Of a stretch of DNA of 64,000 bases, positions 27,940 to 37,460 are shown piece after piece. The stretch spans positions 960,001 through 1,024,000 of the forward strand of contig CAWGJT010000005.1 in assembly GCA_963822965.1 (NCBI GenBank), written 5' to 3'. The first letter of the stretch is position 1. Each line of letters begins with the position of its first letter. The notes beneath the pieces are model-generated. The model searched no databases, was not told where the DNA came from, and worked only from the letters and a program-made list of their open reading frames with translations. The translations under genes were made by a program, and so were the position numbers. This stretch comes from an uncultured delta proteobacterium (GTDB lineage: Bacteria > Myxococcota_A > UBA9160 > UBA4427).

Positions 27940-29883
27940 ATGACCGAGCCCCGCCGTCCCGCCGCAGCTCCCATCCGCGAGGACGACGAGTTCATCGCCG
28001 CTGCCCTCGAGCGCGCCAGCATCCCCACCCTGATGATGTCGATGGTGCATCTCAGCGGCGACCCGTCGATCCTCGACGGACCGATCCGCCCCGGGACCGG
28101 CCATGATGGGCGAGGACCAGGGGGGGATGTCCGAGGCGGACAAGGCTGCCGTTCGCGCCCGGGCCCTGGAGCTGCTTCGGGACTACCGCGACCGCGGCTG
28201 CACGCTGCCGCCTCCGCCCTCCCGCGAGACGATCCACCGCATGATGAGCTTCATGGTGGGCGAGCCCGTCCCCGAGCCCTACACGGGGATGATGCTCGAG
28301 GAGATGGCCCTCGACGGGCGCGACCAGCGGGACGTGCCCTTCGACCGAGATCTCCGAGGACGCGAAGCAGGGCTTCCCCGTGCTGGTGATCGGCGCGGGC
28401 ATGTCCGGCCTGCTGGCCGCGATCCGCCTCCAGGAGGCCGGCCTGCCGTACACGGTGGTGGAGAAGAACGACGCGGTGGGCGGCACCTGGTACGAGAACA
28501 CCTACCCGGGCTGCCGGGTGGACATCGCCAACCACTTCTACTGCTACTCGTTCGAGCCGAACCCCGGCTGGTCCGAGTTCTTCTCCCAGCGGGGCGAGCT
28601 GCACGACTACTTCGAGCGCTGCGCGACGAAGTACGGCGTGCGGCCCCACATCCGCTTCCGCACCGAGGTGCTGGAAGCCCGCTTCGACGAGGAGCGCTCC
28701 GACTGGGCCGTGCGCCTGCGCGGTCGCCGACGGCGAGCGAGGAGACCCAGCGCTTCCGCGCCGTCATCAGCGCCGTCGGACAGCTCAACCGAGCCGAAGA
28801 TTCCGGAGATCCCCGGCCGCGAATCGTTCCGGGGCCCGGCCTTCCACTCCGCGCAGTGGGAGCACGACCACGACCTGCACGGCAAGCGGGTGGCGGTGGT
28901 CGGCACGGGCGCGAGCGCGTTCCAGCTCGCGCCCGAGGTGGCGAAGGTCGCGAAGCGCCTGCTCGTCTTCCAGCGGTCGCCCGCCTGGATGCTGCCGAAC
29001 CCGAACTACCACGCGAAGGTGAGCCCCGAGAAGAAGTGGCTGCTCGAGCACGTACCCTTCTACGCGCGCTGGTACCGCTTCCTGCTCTTCTGGCCGGGCT
29101 CCGACGGGCTCCTGCCCTCCCTGGTGATCGACCCCGAGTGGCCGCATCCCGATCGCTCGGTGAACGCCCTGAACGAGGCCACGCGCGGTCGCCTTCGTGG
29201 ACTACATGAAGTCGCAGGTGGGCGACGACCCGGAGCTGCTCGAGAAGGTGGTCCCGAAGTACCCGCCCTTCGGCAAGCGCATGCTGCAGGACAACGGGAG
29301 CTGGCTCTCGACGCTCAAGCGCGAGAACGTCGACCTGGTGACCGACGGGCATCCGCGAGATCGTGCCCGAGGGCATCGTCACCGAGGACGGCACGCTCCA
29401 CGAAGTCGACGTCATCGTGTGGGCCACCGGCTTCCACGCCAACCGCTTCCTGTGGCCGATCCGCGTGGTCGGACGCGGCGGCGTGCGAGCTGGGCCGCGC
29501 TCTGGGGCGACGACCCACGCGCCTACCTCGGCATCACCGTGCCCGGCTTCCCGAACCTCTTCTGTCTCTACGGGCCCGCGACCAACCTGGCGCACGCCGG
29601 CAGCATCATCTTCCACTCCGAGTGCCAGGTGCGATACATCATGGGATGCATCGAGGGCCTGCTCGAGCGCGGCCGCACCACCCTCGAGTGCCGGCGCGAG
29701 GTGAACGACGACTTCAACGAGCGACTCGACGAGGCGCTCTCGCGGCTCGTGTGGTCCCACCCCGGCATGAACAGCTGGTACAAGAACAGCAAGGGGCGCG
29801 TCACGACGACGTCGCCGTGGCGGCTGCTCGACTACTGGACCTGGACGAAGGCGCCGGACTTCGCGGACTACGTGCTGGCCTAG
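27940..29883 (+). CDS. Baeyer-Villiger / flavin-containing monooxygenase (4-hydroxyacetophenone monooxygenase-like architecture), multiple frameshifts
   Basis: N-terminal extension, [36 protein letters not shown] (FxGxxxHxxxW fingerprint), [23 protein letters not shown]. Confidence 0.88.
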
Positions 29884-29938
29884 GCGCTAGACTGGCAGGC
29901 CTCTGCCGTGAACGCGGCTCGAGACGCGGAGGGCGAGC

Positions 29939-31003
29939 GTGGACGTCGGGATCCTGCTGATCTTCCAGAACTATCTGGGGCGCAAGGACGACGCCGCCAT
30001 GGTGGAAGGTGAGATCCGCCTGGCGCTGCTCGCCGAGGAGCTGGGCTACGACGCGGTGTGGCCTCCGGAGCATCACTTCACCGACTACTCGGCGTGCCCC
30101 GACAACATCCAGCTGCTGAGCTACCTCGCCGGTCGCACCTCTCGCATCAAGCTCGGCACGGGCGCGGTGATCGTTCCGTGGAACGATCCGCTGCGCGTCG
30201 TCGAACGCATCGTGATGCTGGACCACCTCTCGAACGGCCGCGCGGTGCTCGGCCTGGGCCGCGGGCTCTCCCGGGTGGAGTACGGGCACTTCGGCATCGA
30301 GATGGACAGCTCGCGCGACCGCTTCGACGAGGCGTCGCGCATGATCGTGGACGCCCTGGACACGGGCTTCATCGAAGGAAGCGGCCCCTACTACTCCCAG
30401 GCCAGGACGGAGATCCGGCCGCGCCCGCGCGCGGGCTTCCGCGACCGGCTCTACGCGGTGGGCATGTCGCCCGAGTCCGTGGAGCAGGCCGCCGCCCTGG
30501 GTGCGAAGCTGATGACCTTCTCGCAGCAACCCTGGGAGCTGTACCGCGACGGCGCGCTCGCCACCTACCGCAAGAGCTACCAGGAGCGCCACGGCGCCGA
30601 GCCCCCCGCGCCGCTCACGGGAGACCTCATGTTCTGCCACGAGGACGCCGGCCGAGCCGAGGAGCTCGCCCTCGAGTACATGACGAACTACTTCCTGACC
30701 ATCGCCCGGCACTACGAGCTGATGAGCGACCACTTCAAGCAGGCCCGGGGCTACGAGTTCTACGCCACCGCCGCCGAGCTGTTCACTGCGGTCGGTCTCG
30801 AGACCGCGGCAAAGACCTACTGCCAGGTGCAGACCTGGGGCACCCCGGAGCAGATCCTCGAGAAGATGCGCTGGCGGCGCGAGCTGATCGGCGACTTCGA
30901 GGTAGCCTTGATCTCGAGCTACGGCGGCATGCCCTTCGCCGTGGCGGAGGAGAGCGTCCGGCTCTTCGCCCGCGAGGTGCTCCCGGAGCTGCACGCCTGG
31001 TAG
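29939..31003 (+). CDS. LLM class flavin-dependent oxidoreductase
   Basis: AEELGYDAVWPPEHHF, TSRIKLGT, MLDHLSNGRAVLGLGRG, LFAREVLP. Confidence 0.9.
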   Translation: MDVGILLIFQNYLGRKDDAAMVEGEIRLALLAEELGYDAVWPPEHHFTDYSACPDNIQLLSYLAGRTSRIKLGTGAVIVPWNDPLRVVERIVMLDHLSNGRAVLGLGRGLSRVEYGHFGIEMDSSRDRFDEASRMIVDALDTGFIEGSGPYYSQARTEIRPRPRAGFRDRLYAVGMSPESVEQAAALGAKLMTFSQQPWELYRDGALATYRKSYQERHGAEPPAPLTGDLMFCHEDAGRAEELALEYMTNYFLTIARHYELMSDHFKQARGYEFYATAAELFTAVGLETAAKTYCQVQTWGTPEQILEKMRWRRELIGDFEVALISSYGGMPFAVAEESVRLFAREVLPELHAW

Positions 31004-31045
31004 TCGGCTATTCTGTGCCTTCGTACGCCGAACGAGGAGGTTCCC

Positions 31046-32450
31046 ATGAGCGCAGCCGAAATCCTGCCCGAGCCCCACACCGAGATCGACTCCATTCCCA
31101 GCCGGGTCGCACGGCTGCGGAGCACCTTCGAATCGGGCCGCACCCGGTCCCTCGAGTGGCGTCGCGGCCAGCTCCAGCAGCTCGTGAAGCTGCACGAGGA
31201 TCACGGCGCCGACTTCGTGAAGGCGCTGCAGGACGACTTCGGCAAGCCCACCCTCGAGGCGTACACGAGCGACGTGGGACAGGGACTCACCGAGGCGAAG
31301 CTGGCCCTTCGCAAGCTGACGAAGTGGACCCGACCGGAGCGCGTGGGCCGCATTCCCCTGATGGGCACGGGCCGCATCCTTCGCGAGCCGCTGGGCGTGG
31401 TCCTCATCATCTCGCCCTGGAACTATCCGGTGGGGCTGCTGCTCTCGCCCCTGGCCGGCGCCATCGCGGCCGGCAACTGCGTCGTCCTCAAGCCCTCGGA
31501 GGTGACGCCGCACACCTCGGCGGCCCTCGCGAAGTACGTTCCCGAGTACATGGATCCCGACGCCATCACCCTCGTGGAGGGCGGCGTCGGCGAGACGACC
31601 GCGCTGCTCGAGCAGCGCTTCGACCACATCATGTACACGGGCAACGGCCGCGTCGCCCAGGTGGTGATGGAGGCCGCAGCGCGGCACCTGACCCCCGTGA
31701 CCCTCGAGCTCGGCGGCAAGAGCCCCTGCATCGTGAACGAGGACGCGGACATCGAGACCGCGGCCCGGCGCATCGCCTGGGGCAAGTTCATCAACGCCGG
31801 CCAGACCTGCATCGCCCCCGACTACGTGCTCGTCCACGAGTCCAAGGAGGACGCCCTGATCGAGGCGCTGGCCGACGTGGTGCACGACTTCTACGGCGAC
31901 GATCCCAAGTCGACGAAGGACTACGCGCGCATCGTGAACCACCGGCACTACGAGCGGCTCGCCACGCTCATGAAGGACGGAACGGCCGCCGTCGGCGGCC
32001 AGCTCGACGCCGAGCGAGCGCTACATGGCGCCCACGGTGCTGCGCAACGTCTCGCCGGACTCGGCGCTCATGCAGGAGGAGATCTTCGGTCCCGTGCTGC
32101 CGGTGCTCTCCGTGAAGAGCATGGACGAGGCCGTCGACTTCGTGAACCAGCGCGAGAAGCCCCTGGCGCTGTATCTGTTCACCGAGAGCAAGCAGGTGGA
32201 GGACGACGTGCTGAGCCGCACCAGCTCCGGGGGCGCCTGCGTGAACGGCACCCTGCTGCACATCATGGATCCCCGCCTGCCGTTCGGCGGCGTCGGGCCC
32301 AGCGGCAGCGGCGCCTACCACGGCCGCCATACCTTCGAGACCTTCAGCCACCGCAAGTCGGTGCTGACCCGGGGCACGCGCTTCGACCTGAAGCTCATGT
32401 ACCCGCCCTACGGCCCGCGGCTGACGCGACTGATCCAGCGCTTCATGTAG
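31046..32450 (+). CDS. Aldehyde dehydrogenase (ALDH3/fatty aldehyde type); frameshift near 32010
   Basis: EPLGVVLIISPWNYP, LELGGKSP and NAGQTCIAPDY, then in a shifted frame MQEEIFGP, KPLALYLF and PFGGVGPSG. Confidence 0.92.
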
Positions 32451-32467
32451 GGGTAGGAGCCGGGGCC

Positions 32468-32914
32468 ATGAGCCCGGACGAGGTGGCGGACCGACTCGCC
32501 CTGCGCGAGCTGGTGGAGCGCTACGCGCGCATTCCCGACGATCGCGACTACGCGCTGGTGGACGACGTCTTCTGCGCAGACGCGGTGCTGCGGGGCCCGG
32601 GCTTCGAGCTCATGCGGCCGGGACGAGATCCGCGCCGGCATGCGGTCCATCGAGCGCTACTCGGCGACACATCACGCCGTCCACAACCAGCTCTGAACCT
32701 CCACGGCGACCGGGCCGAGGGCGACGTCTGGTGCGTCGCGAACCACCTGCACGAGCGAGACGGCCTGCCCCACAAGCTCGACTGGGGGATCCGCTACGCG
32801 GACCGCTACCGGCGCGATGCGGAGGGATGGCGCATCGCGCGACGCGAGCTGCGCGATCGTGTGGTCCCAGGACCTTCCGCTCGAGCTCCCGCGATGCGGG
32901 GCTGCCCGCGATGA
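32468..32914 (+). CDS. NTF2/SnoaL-like protein, frameshifted
   Basis: DRLALRELVERYA..DDRD, GDRAEGDVWC.A.H, GIRYADRYRR..GWRIARREL. End approximate. Confidence 0.75.
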   Translation: MSPDEVADRLALRELVERYARIPDDRDYALVDDVFCADAVLRGPGFELMRPGRDPRRHAVHRALLGDTSRRPQPALNLHGDRAEGDVWCVANHLHERDGLPHKLDWGIRYADRYRRDAEGWRIARRELRDRVVPGPSARAPAMRGCPR

Positions 32915-33813
32915 GCGCGCTTCCAGACCGCCATCGGCATCTTCGGCCTCGAGAACCTCTTCGAGGGCGACTTCACGAAGGTGATCGACGTCGTGGCGCG
33001 AGCGGACGACCTCGGCATCGACCAGATGGTGATGACCGACCACGTCGTGATGGGGAGGCGCACGGATCGCTATCCGTACGGGCAGTTCCCGCTGCCGCCC
33101 GAAGCGCCGTGGTACGAGCCGGTCGTCTCGCTGGCGGCCTTCGCGGCGCGCACCCGCCGCATCCGCCTCTCGACCAGCGTCATCATCAGCCCCCTGCGTC
33201 CGCCCGTGCTCTTCGCCAAGCAGACGGCCACGCTGGACGTGCTCTCCGGCGGGCGACTCGACCTGGGCGTCGGCACCGGCTGGCAGCGCGAGGAGTACGA
33301 GGCCTCGATGCTGCCCTTCGCGGGACGCGGGCGGCGGCTCGAGGACCAGCTGCGGGCCTGCCGCGTGCTGTGGAACGAGGTTCCCGCGAGCTTCCGCTCG
33401 GACACCGTCTCGTTCGACGACGTCTACTGCCGCCCGCGCTCCCGTCCAGCCCGGCGGCCCGCCCGTGTGGTTCGGGCTGGCACCCGACGCCCGTCAACTG
33501 CCGGCGCATCGCCGAGCTGGGCACGGGCTGGCTGCCCATCTCCCAGGACCCCGCGCAGATCGCCTCCGGGCGTCGCGGCTCGCTGCGCCGGGCCTTCGGG
33601 ACGGCCGGCCGCGATCCCGAGCGAGCTGCGCGTCCGGGCCCAGCTCCCGCCGCGGCTCTCGAGCAGCGGCGCCATGGACCTCGAAGCCACGCTCACGGGC
33701 ATCGACGACGCGCTCGGAGGCCGGCGCCACCCACATCGAGGTGCTGCCCTTCCTGTTCTGTCGAAGCCCAAGACCTCGACGCATGCCTCGAGCGCATCTC
33801 GCGCGCGTCGTAG
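32911..33813 (+). CDS. LLM class oxidoreductase (probable F420-dependent subfamily), frameshifted
   Basis: ADDLGID..MTDHVV, TRRIRLST, AKQTATLDVLSGGRLDLGVGTGWQREEY; the C-terminal third is scrambled by indels. Confidence 0.8.
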   Translation: MSALPDRHRHLRPREPLRGRLHEGDRRRGASGRPRHRPDGDDRPRRDGEAHGSLSVRAVPAAARSAVVRAGRLAGGLRGAHPPHPPLDQRHHQPPASARALRQADGHAGRALRRATRPGRRHRLAARGVRGLDAALRGTRAAARGPAAGLPRAVERGSRELPLGHRLVRRRLLPPALPSSPAARPCGSGWHPTPVNCRRIAELGTGWLPISQDPAQIASGRRGSLRRAFGTAGRDPERAARPGPAPAAALEQRRHGPRSHAHGHRRRARRPAPPTSRCCPSCSVEAQDLDACLERISRAS

Positions 33814-33889
33814 CGGACGAGCGCCGGACGTCCCTGTCGCAGCCCCAGCTCGACCGACGATCGACGACCGCGTATTCCGGGATCGTCCG

Positions 33890-34354
33890 TCAGCGCTCGT
33901 CTGCGTCCGGCTCGTCGTTCTGCCACGGGCCGCGCAGGCCCAGCGCCCGGGCGGCGCGGTCCTCGGGGCTCCACTCGTCGGGCTCCACGGGGTCGGGGAA
34001 GTCGGAGAACGGGAACGGGATGTGGGACTCGTTGTAGGTGAGGTAGCGACCGATCCGGTAGTAGTAGGAGACCACCCGGTTCGCGAGGTCGCGGACGCGC
34101 GGGCTCGGTGGGCGCCGGGTGACGAGGGTGACGATCAGCTCGAAGAGCACGATCACGGCTAGCACCGTCTCGAGCACGCTGCCCACGACGACGAACAGGA
34201 CCGTCAGCCCGGTGCGAAGACCAGTCTCGCGGCGGGGGATCTCGTCGCGCGGCGGCGGGCGGCTCTCGTCCCGTTCGTCCGCCCGATCACCCCCAGCGCC
34301 GTCGCCCGGCTCCTCCTGGAGGGGGCCCATGCTCATTCGCAGGCGTTGGCTCAT
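33890..34354 (-). CDS. DUF4389 domain-containing membrane protein
   Basis: Two hydrophobic helices followed by YYYRIGRYLTYNESHIPFPFSDFP. Confidence 0.8.
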   Translation of the reverse strand: MSQRLRMSMGPLQEEPGDGAGGDRADERDESRPPPRDEIPRRETGLRTGLTVLFVVVGSVLETVLAVIVLFELIVTLVTRRPPSPRVRDLANRVVSYYYRIGRYLTYNESHIPFPFSDFPDPVEPDEWSPEDRAARALGLRGPWQNDEPDADER

Positions 34355-34466
34355 ATCGACCTCCCGAGCTTCCAGTGCGACGCCCGGCCGCGTGATGCGA
34401 TTCGGAGAGTGCAGGAATCGCGCCGGATGGGAGGCGCAGCGAGCGCCCAGGCGGGCACCGGCGGCG

Positions 34467-34611
34467 CAGCCCGCGAGCTGCACCGAAGCCCGGGCGCTGC
34501 GGCGAACCGTCCGCACCCGAGCCACACCGAAGCCCGGGCGCTGCTGCGCACCATCAATCCACGAGCCACACCGAGGCCCGGGCGCTGCGGCGGACCGTCA
34601 GCCCGCGAGCC
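34467..34611. repeat. Degenerate 44-bp tandem repeat, about 3.3 copies
   Basis: CGAGC(TG/CA)CACCGA(A/G)GCCCGGGCGCTGC starts at 34474, 34518 and 34562, with a partial copy at 34606. Confidence 0.85.
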
Positions 34612-35878
34612 GCGATCGCAGCAGGTCGATCTGGCGCCGCAGCCAGGACAGCAGCCAGAAGTTGTCGCTCTCTGCCCTCGAGTCGCTCGTGGGCGGCGAG
34701 GCTCGCCGACAGGGCGCCGCGGTGGTCGGGTGCGGCGGTGAGTGCGATCTCCGCCAGCTGGATGGCCTCGACGGGCGCGCCCGGCCGAGCTTCTCCTCGG
34801 CGCGCTTCGCCAGGGCGTCGGGCCCGCCGGCCAGCTCCACCAGGTCGGCATGCACGCTGGTTGCGGGCACCGGGTACAGCTCGGTGGTGGATCGGTGGTG
34901 GAACCAGCCGAGATAGCTCTCCCAGATGGCGCGTACGCACCAGTCGAGCTTGCCGTAGCCCTCGCCCACCTCGAGCTCGGGGGGCAGCCGGATCTCGCGC
35001 ATGGCGGTCCAGACGTCGCTGCCGGCGTTCATGTGGCGGACGGTCTCGTCGTGCAGGAAGCGCACCGCGTCGCGCAGGCGTTCGAGCTCGCTGCGAATCA
35101 GCGCCGCGCCCTCGATGGGCGGGCCGTGCCCCACCAGCAGCAGCTCGGGCTCGAGGGCGAGCACGCGTTCGAGGGACTCGATGAAGAGCAGCGCGTCGCG
35201 GTAGCGGTCGCCCCGGATCGTGACCAGGTTCGGGACGTGGCCGAAGAGCGCGCTGAAGAGGTTGCCGGCGAGACAGATGCGGTGCTGCGGCAGCCAGACC
35301 GCCATGGACTCGGTGGTCTCGCCACCCGGCACCGACAGCAGCTCGAAGCGGACGCCACCCAGCTCGAAGTCGTAGCGGTCGCGGAAGGTGATGGTGGGCG
35401 TGGGCGTGGACTGGGCGGCCGCCTCCAGCCCCGACTCCTTCGCGTATCGCGCCGCCGCCCGATGGCCTTCGCGAACGCGAATCCGCTGCGGCCGCTGCGC
35501 GCGGCCCGCAGGCGGTTGTCCTCGTCCTGGTAGGTCGCGGTTGCCCTCCTGGGCCACGATCTCGGTGCCGGGCTCGCGGAACAGATCCACGCCGCCCACG
35601 TGGTCGACGTGGCCCTGGGTGAGCAGGATGTATCGCACGGGGCCCCGATCGACGGCGTCGTAGTTGCGCTTGTGGACGGGCGCCTCGAAGCCCATCCCGG
35701 TGTTGATCACGACGCGCCCTTCGCTCGTCACCACCAGGTAGCTGCTCGAGAGCCCCTCGGACACATAGAGGAAGTCGCGCAGCTTCCGGGCCGCCGGCAT
35801 CGAGGCCGGCTGGATGTCGAAGCCGCCGGGGCGCGAGCGGTAGAGGGGCGTGGGGGACGGGGGAGAAGAAGTCGGCAT
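34598..35878 (-). CDS. Alkyl sulfatase-related MBL-fold hydrolase, frameshifts near 35460-35530 and 34780
   Basis: VVINTG, TQGHVDHVGG, PGGET, VPNLVTIRGDRYR, GHGPPI, GEGYGK..W..RAIWE.YLGWF. Confidence 0.8.
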   Translation of the reverse strand: MPTSSPPSPTPLYRSRPGGFDIQPASMPAARKLRDFLYVSEGLSSSYLVVTSEGRVVINTGMGFEAPVHKRNYDAVDRGPVRYILLTQGHVDHVGGVDLFREPGTEIVAQEGNRDLPGRGQPPAGRAQRPQRIRVREGHRAAARYAKESGLEAAAQSTPTPTITFRDRYDFELGGVRFELLSVPGGETTESMAVWLPQHRICLAGNLFSALFGHVPNLVTIRGDRYRDALLFIESLERVLALEPELLLVGHGPPIEGAALIRSELERLRDAVRFLHDETVRHMNAGSDVWTAMREIRLPPELEVGEGYGKLDWCVRAIWESYLGWFHHRSTTELYPVPATSVHADLVELAGGPDALAKRAEEKLGRARPSRPSSWRRSHSPPHPTTAAPCRRASPPTSDSRAESDNFWLLSWLRRQIDLLRSRLAG

Positions 35879-35954
35879 GGCGTCTCCGGCATGGCCCCGG
35901 CCCGCGCGGGCCGCGGTAGAATGCGAGCTCCGATTCTGAGCCAGCGAGGTGGGA

Positions 35955-36413
35955 ATGTCGAACCAAGCTTCCGCTTTCTCGAGCCTGGGCCTCGGGCCCA
36001 TCGACCAGGTGGCCTACATCGTCGAGGACATGGAGCGGGCCATCCCGCGCTACGAAGCGCTGTTCGGTCCCTTCATGGTGAGCGAGCAGACCCTGGACGA
36101 CTGCAGCTTCCGAGGCAAGAGCGTCGACCTCGCGATGAAGATGGCCGTCAACCACGAAGGTCCCCTGGAGATCGAGCTCATTCAGCCCACGAAGGGCGAA
36201 TCGCCCTGGACCGAGCAGCTGGCGAGCCACGGCGAGGGGCTCCACCACGTGCGCTTCCGGGTGCAGAAGGTGGAGCCGAAGCTCGAAGAGCTGGCCGAGG
36301 CAGGCTTCGAGACGCTCCTCTTCAAGCGCTTCGGCCCGGAGGTGGCCTTCGCGTACGTGCAGACCCCGAAGTCCTTCGGCGGTCACGTGATCGAGCTGCT
36401 GGAGATGCCTTAG
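35955..36413 (+). CDS. VOC family protein (methylmalonyl-CoA epimerase-like)
   Basis: IDQVAYIVEDME, EIELIQP, HGEGLHHVRF, IELLE. Confidence 0.85.
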   Translation: MSNQASAFSSLGLGPIDQVAYIVEDMERAIPRYEALFGPFMVSEQTLDDCSFRGKSVDLAMKMAVNHEGPLEIELIQPTKGESPWTEQLASHGEGLHHVRFRVQKVEPKLEELAEAGFETLLFKRFGPEVAFAYVQTPKSFGGHVIELLEMP

Positions 36414-36446
36414 GTGAACTGGTTCTAGCGCCCGGCGAACGAAGCC

Positions 36447-37190
36447 TCAGGCGCGCGGCGCGTTCCCGACGCTCACCACCTCGGCGATCTTCGTGTCGTC
36501 CCGCACCAGCTCGAGCACGGCGGCGGCGATCTCCTCGGGGCGCAGCAGCTTCACGGCGTCGTGGAAGGGGCGCAGCCAGGGCGCGATGGAGCCGTCGCCA
36601 GTCTCGAGGATCATGGGCGTGTCGACGAGCCCCGGGCACACGCAGTTCACCCGCACCCCGTGACTCGCCGCCAGGGGCGCGCACGAGCGGGTGAAGTGGA
36701 TGACGCCCGCCTTGGTGGCCGCGTAGACGGCCTGCTCGGGAAGCGGCATGAGCCCGGCCCCCGAGGCGGTCTGCACGACGACGCCTCCGCCGGACTTCTT
36801 CATGGGGCCCAGGGCGAGCTGGGTGCCGAGGATGACACCGCGCAGGTTCACGTCCACGATCGACGCGCAGCGTTCCGGGGCGACGTCGGGCCAGGTGCTG
36901 GCGCCCTCGCCCATGCCGGCGTTGTTGTGCAGCACGTCGAGACGACCGAAACGCCGCAGGGTGGCGTCGAAGAGCGCACGCAGGGAGCCGAGATCGGCCA
37001 CGTCCGTCGCCAGCGCCAACGGCTCCGCGCCGGCGTCCCGAACCAGCGAGGCGGACTCGTCGAGATCCGAGCCTTCGAGATCCGCCAGCACCAGCGCCCG
37101 GGCGCCCGCCTGCGCCAGGGCCACGGCCGTCGCCCGGCCGATTCCCGAAGCCGACCCGGTCACGAGTGCCACGCGATCCTGAACGTCCAT
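36447..37190 (-). CDS. SDR family oxidoreductase
   Basis: ALVTGSASGIG, LHNNAG, YAATK, VNCVCPGLVDT. Confidence 0.9.
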   Translation of the reverse strand: MDVQDRVALVTGSASGIGRATAVALAQAGARALVLADLEGSDLDESASLVRDAGAEPLALATDVADLGSLRALFDATLRRFGRLDVLHNNAGMGEGASTWPDVAPERCASIVDVNLRGVILGTQLALGPMKKSGGGVVVQTASGAGLMPLPEQAVYAATKAGVIHFTRSCAPLAASHGVRVNCVCPGLVDTPMILETGDGSIAPWLRPFHDAVKLLRPEEIAAAVLELVRDDTKIAEVVSVGNAPRA

Positions 37191-37420
37191 CACCGCACGG
37201 TAGCAGCGAGCGGTGACGGACGTGAGCCGGCGGGCTGCCCCAATGCGTCGTTGTTCGAGCTTCCCGCGTGCCGCAGACCCCGCCATCCCTGGCGGATCCA
37301 GCGAGCCCGTCAGAACCAGCGCGAGCGCGACAGCCTCACAGGTGTGAGATTCTGCCGCCGGCCTCCGAGGCGCGGCACGGGGCGGGTCCACCCGCCAATC
37401 CAGCCGGCATTGGGAGTTGC

Positions 37421-37453
37421 GCCCTGATCCGTATGACGGATCAGGGCTAGCGT
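37421..37453 (+). promoter_or_regulatory. Perfect 12-bp inverted repeat abutting a -10 hexamer (candidate operator and promoter)
   Basis: GCCCTGATCCGT-ATG-ACGGATCAGGGC (37421-37447), then TAGCGT (37448-37453), 7 nt before the ATG at 37461. Confidence 0.55.
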
Positions 37454-37460
37454 TCCGTCC

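Noticed and set aside
34474..34611. Possible mini-CRISPR array
   Set aside because: The 17-nt variable parts are too short and resemble each other, and there are no cas genes; it is a tandem repeat.
37404..37421. Possible sigma54 promoter before the sulfotransferase (CCGGCATTGGGAGTTGC)
   Set aside because: GG-to-GC spacing is 11 nt rather than the required 10, and a sigma70-type -10 explains the start better.
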